A stretch of DNA of 32,864 nucleotides from Rhodobacterales bacterium (GTDB taxonomy: Bacteria > Pseudomonadota > Alphaproteobacteria > Rhodobacterales > Rhodobacteraceae). Position 1 is the stretch's first letter. The number at the start of each line of letters is the position of its first letter. The translations under genes were made by a program, and so were the position numbers. Shown piece after piece: positions 1 through 6,983 of this stretch. The DNA is taken from positions 1-32,864 of the forward strand of contig JAACVA010000186.1 in NCBI GenBank assembly GCA_009992615.1. Reading direction: 5' to 3'. The notes beneath the pieces were generated by a model. It ran no database searches. It was not told the DNA's origin and saw only the letters and a list, made by a program, of their open reading frames with translations.

Positions 1-189
1 GCGCCGTCACCAAGGCATAGCGTCCCAACTCGGTGATTATTTCAGCGCCCTGCTAAAGGTGCTTTGCGCGCCGAGGACACCTTCAGAAGTGCAAAGTTTT
101 CGGCAAAAAACCAGCCTCGCACACAGCATCTCACGGCCCGCACTAAAAACCGTATTTTTGTTAATTATCAATTATTTGCAATGGTATTT

Positions 190-465
190 TCACATGCCCA
201 GAGCTTCCTTGTACATCTCAAGGATGGCTTCTTCCTCGGCGATGTCGTCCTTGTCGCGCTTGCGCAGGGCGATGAGCTTGCGCATGACCTTGGTGTCATA
301 GCCACGGCCCTTGGCCTCTGCCATGACCTCTTTCTGGGCATCGGCGATGTCGGTCTTTTCCTGTTCCAGACGCTCGAACCGTTCGATGAACTGACGCAAT
401 TCATCGGCGGTGATGCGATAATTGCTGTCGGCAGCGGTTGGTGCGGGGGGAGGGGTATCGCTCAT
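190..465 (-). CDS. gapR: DUF2312 family nucleoid-associated protein (GapR-like)
   Basis: 91 aa; ADELRQFIERFERLEQEK...EAKGRGYDTKVMRKLIALRKRD...EEEAILEMYKEALGM is the typical DUF2312 sequence; GAGG upstream of the start. Confidence 0.9.
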   Translation of the reverse strand: MSDTPPPAPTAADSNYRITADELRQFIERFERLEQEKTDIADAQKEVMAEAKGRGYDTKVMRKLIALRKRDKDDIAEEEAILEMYKEALGM

Positions 466-599
466 CTGGGGCCTCGTCTGGTGTGATTTTTCTGACCCCT
501 ACCCGCCCGGGGCCAGTCCCGCAAGTGCGGGACGCGCGCGATTGCGTGCTGCGGGCGGATCGGCTATGCCGGGGGCGCAGCAGCGAAAGAGAAACAGCC

Positions 600-815
600 A
601 TGGACATCGTGATCTGGAGCGGCGCGGCGCTGTCACTGATCGGGCTGATCGGGCTGATCTGGTGCGTCGTGGCCGGGGTGCGGGTGCGCCGCGCCGGTCT
701 GGATGATGCAGCCCTGCGGGCAAGGCTGCAAAAACTTGTGGCGGTGAACATGGCCGCGCTGTTTTTGTCGGTTCTGGGGCTGATGCTTGTTGTATTGGGT
801 ATCTTCCTCGGCTGA
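600..815 (+). CDS. Small two-TM membrane protein of unknown function
   Basis: ATG at 600 after GAAAGAGA; two hydrophobic segments around a basic loop (MDIVIWSGAALSLIGLIG...LFLSVLGLMLVVLGIFLG). Confidence 0.75.
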   Translation: MDIVIWSGAALSLIGLIGLIWCVVAGVRVRRAGLDDAALRARLQKLVAVNMAALFLSVLGLMLVVLGIFLG

Positions 816-824
816 ACAGCGATC

Positions 825-2849
825 TCAGGCCTCGATGTCCGCCAAGGCCACGCCGTTCTTGATGCAGCTGTCGAACAGTGGCGACATTGTGGCGCCTTCC
901 GTGGCCAATGCACCCTCACGCTGCACCCGGACAAGGCCGCGCTGATCGGCCGCCACCATCGGCCCGCCGCGCCAGCGCGGAAAGCCAAGACCATGCACCG
1001 CCGCCACATCCACATCGCCGGCCCGCGCCACGACACCGGCACCGATCAGAACCGCCCCGGCATTGGCCAAAGCGGCGGCACAAACCGGCGCAATCAGATC
1101 GGCACCGACACCCGGTGCCCGGGGTGCGCCCGCCTCGGCCACGGCCCGCATCAGCGCGCGCGCCTCGGGTGCCTCGCCCGCAGGACCATCGGCCCCCCAG
1201 CGTAACAGGCCCGCCCCCACGCCACGTCCGGTCAAGCCACTGTCAACCAGCGCATCCAGCAGTGCAATTTCGGGCGCGTCCTTGCCGTGGACGGCGCGCC
1301 GATGGGCCAGCACATGATCCAGCCCCTGCATGTCCAGGGCCGCGCAGGGCGCCTGACGAAAGCCATAATCGGTCAGCGCCAGGTCGATGTCGTCGGCCCG
1401 ATGCCCCGAAACCAGCAGCGCCTCGATCGTACGTTGCAGCGCCTCGGCCAGATGATACACCAGCCCACCGGGCACCTCGGCGGCGCGCACCGCCTGCCGC
1501 TGCAACCGGCGCAGGACAGACAGGGCGGTGGCCACGGCATCGGCGCTGGCCCCCGGTGCCGGGCGCAACTCGGCCAGGGGGCCGGTGTGGGCCGGGCCGG
1601 GAATATGCACCCCGACCAGATCAGCCGCCCGCTCAGTCGTCTCGGCCAGGATAGCAGGCGCGATCACGTCACCCGAAGCCAGCAAGACGGCACCGGGACG
1701 CGCCAACAGACCAATGGCCGCCCACAGCGCCTGCTTCAGGGCGGGGTCATCCGGTGCCGCCTCCCACACCAGATCGACCTCGGCCAGATCATCGAAGCTG
1801 CCTTCTGGCTGAATCCGCAACAGGCGCATGTCGCGGTCCTGCGCGCTGAGCGTGCCGCGCGCCACCGCATCGTCGTACAGCGCCAGAAGCCGTTCCAGAA
1901 CAATCGCCTGGCCTTCGGGTTCCAGCTCAACCAGAACCACCTCGCAGCCGGCGTCAAGGCAGGACAGTGCCAGTTCGCCAGCCCGCGCCGTGCCACCCAG
2001 AACCGCCACCCGCGCAACGGTTTGGGCCTGCCCGCCGGCTGCCTCGGGCAGGGCCCAGGCCCGTGCTTCGGCAGCGGCCAGGTGGCGCAGGGCGTGGCAG
2101 GCGGGCGTGGCGGCAGAATCTTCATATGCGGCCTGCTCCATCGCAAGGCCCGTCTCGAACGGCAGCACCATTGCACCTTCAACGCAGGCGACGATTCGTT
2201 CGGGGGCGATCAACGGCCCCTCGGCCACCGACGCGTGGGCCTTGGCCACAGCGGCCATATAGGCCGCCGCATCGCTCAGACCGTCGCGTCGCAGGGCGGT
2301 GGGGCGTGGCCCAGGGCAATCGCGCGCAAGGGTCAGGGCGGCGGCCAGCACATCGTCGGCGAGGGGCGCGTCAAGAAATGCCATCTGCGGCGCACGCGGT
2401 GTCCCGCTGAGCAACAAGGCCAAAGCCGGGGCTGCCCCGATGAGCCGCGGTAAACGCTGAGTCGCCCCGCCCCGTGGCGGCAGACCCACGCGGATGCCCG
2501 GTGCGCCAATCCGTGTGCCCTGTGCCGCGACGCGGTAATGGCAGGCCAGCGCCAGATCCAGCCCGTCGCCCAGCACGACCCCATGCAGCGCGGCGATCAC
2601 CGGCTTGGGTGCGTCTTCGACCAGGCTGCACAGCACGGCAAGGGTTAGTTTGCCCGCCTCATCCGCCAGCCCGGCACAGAAATCTTCGCCCCGGGGCATC
2701 AGCACAAGCGCGCGCACCCCGTCCGCCGCGATCTGCTGGTGCAGCGCTTCGGCCAGCGCTGCCCGCAGCGCGCCGCCCAAAGCGCTCAGCGGCGGATTCG
2801 CCCAACGGATGATGGCGATGTTGTCCGCACGTTCGATGTCGATCTGCAT
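825..2849 (-). CDS. Enoyl-CoA hydratase / 3-hydroxyacyl-CoA dehydrogenase fusion (FadB/FadJ-like) with degenerate catalytic motifs
   Basis: KPVIAALHG, LALACHYRVA and GGATQRLPRLIG (crotonase fold); RVAVLGG Rossmann start; C-terminal GLGFPRWRGGPM. Confidence 0.85.
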   Translation of the reverse strand: MQIDIERADNIAIIRWANPPLSALGGALRAALAEALHQQIAADGVRALVLMPRGEDFCAGLADEAGKLTLAVLCSLVEDAPKPVIAALHGVVLGDGLDLALACHYRVAAQGTRIGAPGIRVGLPPRGGATQRLPRLIGAAPALALLLSGTPRAPQMAFLDAPLADDVLAAALTLARDCPGPRPTALRRDGLSDAAAYMAAVAKAHASVAEGPLIAPERIVACVEGAMVLPFETGLAMEQAAYEDSAATPACHALRHLAAAEARAWALPEAAGGQAQTVARVAVLGGTARAGELALSCLDAGCEVVLVELEPEGQAIVLERLLALYDDAVARGTLSAQDRDMRLLRIQPEGSFDDLAEVDLVWEAAPDDPALKQALWAAIGLLARPGAVLLASGDVIAPAILAETTERAADLVGVHIPGPAHTGPLAELRPAPGASADAVATALSVLRRLQRQAVRAAEVPGGLVYHLAEALQRTIEALLVSGHRADDIDLALTDYGFRQAPCAALDMQGLDHVLAHRRAVHGKDAPEIALLDALVDSGLTGRGVGAGLLRWGADGPAGEAPEARALMRAVAEAGAPRAPGVGADLIAPVCAAALANAGAVLIGAGVVARAGDVDVAAVHGLGFPRWRGGPMVAADQRGLVRVQREGALATEGATMSPLFDSCIKNGVALADIEA

Positions 2850-2853
2850 GCCT

Positions 2854-3404
2854 TCAAGCCCCTTCGCGCGTCAACCGCGCCGCCATGGCCGCCAATACCG
2901 GGAGTGTTCCCGCATACCGCAGCGCCGTCTGTGGTTTGGATGCGTTGCCGCCCCGCGCCCGTGCCACCACTTCCTCCAGAATGGCGGCCAGACGGGAAAA
3001 GGAAAAGACCAGAAAAAATGCCCAGTTGTCGATGTCGGCAACACCCCGCCGCGCGCAACAGGCACCCACACAAGCAGCATCGGACGGAAGCCCCGGCGCC
3101 GCGCAATTCAGCCCACCGAGACCGCGCATTGAATCCTTGCCGACCAGATGCACCATGGGCACGGCAAAGTGCGTCAGCTCCGCCATCACGGGGTGTTTCC
3201 GTTCGGCATAAGCGCCGAATGCAACAAGGCGCTCGGCGGCTTGGCCAGTAGCACGAACCGCCCGCCCGCCACTTCGATCAGGAATGTCTGGTTCGTCTGA
3301 CCGCGGGCACAGTTTTCAATCCGCGTCACCACGCCGACTCCGGGCGCATGGTCCGCAATCCAGTGGCCCATCGCCTCGGGGCTGTGTGGCGGGGTGTCGA
3401 TCAT
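2854..3404 (-). pseudogene. APH/choline-kinase-like phosphotransferase (ACAD10/11-type) remnant with internal deletion and frameshift
   Basis: N-terminal GQTNQTFLIEVAGGRFVLLAKPPSALLHSA and C-terminal RGLGG...DNWAFFLVFSFSRLAAILEEV..RARGGNAS lie in different frames; central HGD/DWE catalytic region absent. Confidence 0.75.
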
Positions 3405-3534
3405 GGCGCAATTTGTATCGTGCGGGAGCGAAATCGCAATCCCTTGATTGATTCCGTCCGTGTTGCGCGCCATGAGCGGCAAAATTTGCGAAGGTGTGCC
3501 CCCAGGGCCATCTCGGCCCGACACCGCACCTTGC

Positions 3535-3750
3535 CCGCTTCTGGAGCAGGTGGGTGCCATGGTACGCGATAAGATCGCGCCGCTGGACGCCGCGTATCTC
3601 GCGGCAGGGGGCTTGGCCAACCGACGGCAGTTCACGCCGCGCCAGAACGAGATACCTGAGGCAACGGCAAAGGCGCGCGGTCTGTGAAATTTCTGGATGA
3701 GCGACAGCGATCGGGCGTTGGGCCGAACTGCACACGCGCATCCAACGTGA
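3535..3750 (+). pseudogene. Acyl-CoA dehydrogenase N-terminal remnant
   Basis: PLLEQVGAMVRDKIAPLD...QFTPRQNEI...KARGL*NFWMSDSD resembles the ACAD N-terminus (..A+.RGLWNFWL.D); TGA at 3685-3687 sits at the expected Trp; rest of the gene missing. Confidence 0.65.
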
Positions 3751-3760
3751 TGCCTGATTA

Positions 3761-3964
3761 TCAGAGAGGCACGTTGTCGAACAGATCGACCGGATCGTCA
3801 GCGTCAGCGTCAAGCGCGCGTTCGAGGCGGGCAATGTCGGACATTGGCAACAACCCGCCTGCGCGCAGGGTCTCGATCCTTTGGCGCAACTTGACGCTGC
3901 CCCCTTGCCCCATCTTGATTTCGTTCATCATTTCGTCGTACATCGCACTGCGTGACTGTGGCAT
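3761..3964 (-). CDS. Small hypothetical protein (67 aa) with acidic C-terminus DDPVDLFDNVPL
   Basis: ATG at 3964 preceded by GGGGGA; helical composition; FDN(V/M)P(L/V) ending recalled from small Rhodobacteraceae proteins. Confidence 0.65.
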   Translation of the reverse strand: MPQSRSAMYDEMMNEIKMGQGGSVKLRQRIETLRAGGLLPMSDIARLERALDADADDPVDLFDNVPL

Positions 3965-4099
3965 GGCATATCCCCCAGGTCGAAGCTCCATTCCTGTCAG
4001 ACTATCACATGTTGCGTGATTCCGACACAGCAATGTGCCCCGGGTGCAATTTGCCGCGCGCCGATCAAGGCGTTGGGCGTCAGTTTGGGCAGGGCGGCG

Positions 4100-4411
4100 T
4101 CATTTCGGGCAATAGGCATCATGCAAGGCCTGCAAAATCGGCGTGATGCGCGGATCGGACAGGGAATATCGCACATGCCGCCCGTCCTTGCGGGCCGTGA
4201 CCACGCCGTCGGCCCGCAGCCGCGCCAGTTGTTGCGAAACATAGGCCTGCCCGAGGCCCAGGGCGGCTTCCAGGGCCCCCACGGTCGACGGCCCCTCGAC
4301 CAGCTTGCACAAGATCAAAAGGCGCGACGGGTTTGACAGCGCACGCAGCCCCGCCGCCGCCTCTTCTGCTGCAAGCGCCATGGCCTCAAGCGAAAGGGTT
4401 CGGTTTTCCAT
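4100..4411 (-). CDS. ArsR/SmtB family persulfide-sensing repressor (BigR/SqrR type)
   Basis: LRALSNPSRLLILC, VSQQLARLR HTH and C-terminal YC give the two-Cys BigR/SqrR pattern; divergent from the sulfur operon; start could also be 4426 or 4432. Confidence 0.85.
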   Translation of the reverse strand: MENRTLSLEAMALAAEEAAAGLRALSNPSRLLILCKLVEGPSTVGALEAALGLGQAYVSQQLARLRADGVVTARKDGRHVRYSLSDPRITPILQALHDAYCPK

Positions 4412-4525
4412 GCTTTGCACCGCCATATCCATAACACCAACTACCACGTTCAAATATACATATCAATCTTGCAATACTTCAAAGCTGCTCCTATTCTCTT
4501 ATCAGATCAGATCAGGAGCCATCCG

Positions 4526-5386
4526 ATGAAACCCAAGGTTAAGGTATTTTTCGACACGGCCACCAACACGGTGTCCTATGTGGTGCGCGATCCCTCCGGT
4601 ACGGCAGCGGCAATCATCGATTCGGTGCTGGATTTTGATCAGGCGTCAGGGCGCACCGCTACCGCCTCGGCCGACGAGATCGTGCAGTATGTGCGCGACG
4701 AAGGGCTGAGCGTGCAGTGGATTCTGGAAACCCATGTTCACGCCGACCACCTCTCGGCCGCGCCCTATCTTCAGGAACGGCTGGGCGGCAAGATCGGCAT
4801 CGGCAACCAGATCACAGTGGTGCAGGACACCTTTGGCAAGGTGTTCAACGAAGGCACTGAATTTCAACGAGACGGGTCGCAATTTGACGTGCTGTTTGCC
4901 GAAGGTGACAGTTTTCACATCGGGCAATTGCGCGGTGACGTTTTGCACACCCCCGGCCACACACCCGCCTGTTTGACTTATGTGATCGGCGACGCGGCCT
5001 TTGTGGGCGACACACTGTTCATGCCCGACTATGGCACAGCGAGGTGCGATTTTCCGGGGGGGTCGGCGCAAACGCTTTACGCCTCGATCCAGAAGATTTT
5101 GGCCCTGCCCGATGACACGCGCATCTTCGTCGGCCATGATTACAAGGCCCCGGGACGCGAGGATTTTGCCTGGGAATCCACCGTCGGGGAACAAAAGGCA
5201 GGCAATGTGCATCTGGCCGGCAAATCCGGCGCGGATTTCGTGAAAATGCGTGAGGCCCGCGATGCAACCCTTGGGATGCCGAAACTGATCCTGCCGTCGT
5301 TGCAGGTGAACATGCGGGCCGGGCAGATGCCCCCGCCCGACGACAGCGGCACCGTGATGTTGAAGCTGCCAATCAACAAATTGTAA
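4526..5386 (+). CDS. MBL-fold persulfide dioxygenase (ETHE1/Blh-like)
   Basis: ETHVHADHLS, HTPGHT, GDTLF, GTARCDFPGG, GHDY and LQVNMRAG motifs; AGGAG RBS before ATG 4526. Confidence 0.92.
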   Translation: MKPKVKVFFDTATNTVSYVVRDPSGTAAAIIDSVLDFDQASGRTATASADEIVQYVRDEGLSVQWILETHVHADHLSAAPYLQERLGGKIGIGNQITVVQDTFGKVFNEGTEFQRDGSQFDVLFAEGDSFHIGQLRGDVLHTPGHTPACLTYVIGDAAFVGDTLFMPDYGTARCDFPGGSAQTLYASIQKILALPDDTRIFVGHDYKAPGREDFAWESTVGEQKAGNVHLAGKSGADFVKMREARDATLGMPKLILPSLQVNMRAGQMPPPDDSGTVMLKLPINKL

Positions 5387-5395
5387 GGAACCGAT

Positions 5396-5821
5396 ATGGA
5401 ACAAGACTGGGTTTATGGCCTGCTGGGCGGTGGGGTTATCGGACTGGCAGGTGCGATTTATCTGCTGATCAACGGCCGCATCATGGGGGCCAGCGGCATT
5501 GTTGGTGGCCTTGTTGACGGGTCGGGCCGCAATGATGGTGGCGAGCGTTTGGCCTTTCTGGTCGGCCTCGTCGGTGTGCCTGCGGTGCTGGCGCTGGTGT
5601 TCGGGGCGCCCGAAACCAACATCACCGGCAATTGGGCGGTGCTGATTGCCGCCGGATTGCTGGTGGGCGTCGGCACGCGGGTGGCAAATGGCTGTACCTC
5701 CGGGCACGGGGTGTGCGGCATTTCTCGACTGTCGCTGCGCGGCATTGTGGCCACGGTTTTTTACATTGGCGCAGGCGGACTGACCGTAGTGCTGTTTCGT
5801 CATATTCTGGGGGTGATCTGA
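5396..5821 (+). CDS. YeeE/YedE family sulfur-compound transporter subunit
   Basis: NGRIMGASG and GTRVANGCTSGHGVCGISRLS; AAGGA RBS. Confidence 0.92.
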   Translation: MEQDWVYGLLGGGVIGLAGAIYLLINGRIMGASGIVGGLVDGSGRNDGGERLAFLVGLVGVPAVLALVFGAPETNITGNWAVLIAAGLLVGVGTRVANGCTSGHGVCGISRLSLRGIVATVFYIGAGGLTVVLFRHILGVI

Positions 5822-6246
5822 TGCGCCGTTTGTTTGCGGCCCTTGCGGGCGGGGTGTTCGGCACCGGTCTGATGGTATCGGGTATGGTCGACACCGCCAA
5901 GGTGCGCGGTTGGCTCGACATTTTCGGGGCTTGGGATCCAACCCTGGCCTTTGTCATGGGGGGGGCGATTGCGCCGATGGCCGTTGCGTGGTTTTTCACC
6001 CGCGGCCGCACACCGCGCCTGGGGGGCAGCTTTCCACCGCCGCCAGAACAGCGTCTGGGGCGGCCGCTGATCGTCGGGTCGGTGCTGTTCGGCATGGGCT
6101 GGGGTCTGGCGGGGCTGTGCCCGGGGCCGGCATTGGCCTCGGCGTCGTTCAACGGGGCCCAAGGGCTTGTATTTCTGGCCGCAATGGCCTTGGGTATGTA
6201 TGCGGCGCCCCCTGTCAGGGCACGCCTTAGCGAAACACATGCCTGA
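5821..6246 (+). CDS. YeeE/YedE family (DUF6691-like) transporter subunit
   Basis: GLMVSGM, WDPTLAFVMGGA and LFGMGWGLAGLCPGPA; ATG overlaps the upstream TGA (TGATG). Confidence 0.9.
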   Translation: MRRLFAALAGGVFGTGLMVSGMVDTAKVRGWLDIFGAWDPTLAFVMGGAIAPMAVAWFFTRGRTPRLGGSFPPPPEQRLGRPLIVGSVLFGMGWGLAGLCPGPALASASFNGAQGLVFLAAMALGMYAAPPVRARLSETHA

Positions 6247-6256
6247 GGAGAAAGAC

Positions 6257-6673
6257 ATGCAAATCAACACCCTGACGCCCGATTACGCAGTGTCGGGGCA
6301 GATCGCACCCCAGGACGTCGCCGCCCTGAAACAAGCGGGCTTTGCCACCATAATCTGCAATCGCCCCGATGCCGAAGTATTCGGCAGCGAAGCCAGCGCG
6401 GTGATCCGCGCCGCCGCCGAGGACGTCGGCCTGAGCTTTATCTACAATCCCGTCGCCGGCGGGGCGATGACCGATGAAAACGTTGCGGTTCAGCGCACGG
6501 CCCTGGCCGAAACCGACGGGCCGGTGTTTGCCTATTGCCGGTCAGGAATGCGGTCTGCGGTGGTTTGGGCACTTGCCAACGCCGGCAGTGTGTCCACCGG
6601 CGATCTGATCGCGGCTGCGGGGCGGGGCGGGTACGATCTGTCGCCGTTGCGCGGCCAGATCGATGCCGCCTGA
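6257..6673 (+). CDS. DUF442 / TIGR01244 family sulfurtransferase
   Basis: VSGQI, IICNRPDAE and AYCRSGMRS active-site loop; GAGGAG RBS. Confidence 0.92.
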   Translation: MQINTLTPDYAVSGQIAPQDVAALKQAGFATIICNRPDAEVFGSEASAVIRAAAEDVGLSFIYNPVAGGAMTDENVAVQRTALAETDGPVFAYCRSGMRSAVVWALANAGSVSTGDLIAAAGRGGYDLSPLRGQIDAA

Positions 6674-6677
6674 AACT

Positions 6678-6703
6678 GAAATCGCGCCTCAGGGCGCGAT
6701 TTC
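6678..6703. terminator. Hairpin between convergent genes, probable bidirectional terminator
   Basis: GAAATCGCGCC-TCAG-GGCGCGATTTC: perfect 11-bp stem with the DUF1330 stop codon in the loop. Confidence 0.6.
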
Positions 6704-6979
6704 TTCCACAATTGACAATTCCCGTATTGCCGCGCCTTTCGCGAAACTCAGCGCTTCTTGATAGCCCGCCGAGTAATAACAATCGCGCGCGGCCTCTACG
6801 CTGGGGAAACGTGCAACCACATTGCGCGGCCGGTCCGGCCCTTCCAGCGTTTCATAAGCGCCCCCACGTGCCAAAAACACGCCCCCATGTGCAGCAATCG
6901 CCGCCGTCGCCCGCTTGGCATATTCGCCATAGCGGGCTTCGTCCGTAACCGTTACATGGGCGATCCAGAGCGCGGTCAA
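6689..6979 (-). CDS. DUF1330 family protein
   Basis: ALWIAHVTVTD..YGEY..HGGVFLARGG..LEG..RNVVARFPS..CYYSAGYQEA; TTG start 4 nt after the alaS stop, GAAGGA upstream. Confidence 0.88.
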   Translation of the reverse strand: MTALWIAHVTVTDEARYGEYAKRATAAIAAHGGVFLARGGAYETLEGPDRPRNVVARFPSVEAARDCYYSAGYQEALSFAKGAAIRELSIVEEIAP

Positions 6980-6983
6980 AGAC

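Noticed and set aside
1-87. Possible gene start on the minus strand and a weak AAGGTG...CACCTT hairpin
   Set aside because: Too little sequence at the window edge; no recognisable riboswitch or protein motif
636-659. CTGATCGGG x2.7 repeat
   Set aside because: Encodes LIGLIGLI within a TM helix; explained by codon bias
3685-3687. TGA as possible selenocysteine or programmed readthrough
   Set aside because: It aligns with an expected Trp, the surrounding sequence is eroded and the gene is truncated shortly after
4646-5941. 431-aa minus-strand ORF over the sulfur operon
   Set aside because: Shadow ORF; the plus-strand genes carry clear family motifs and RBSs
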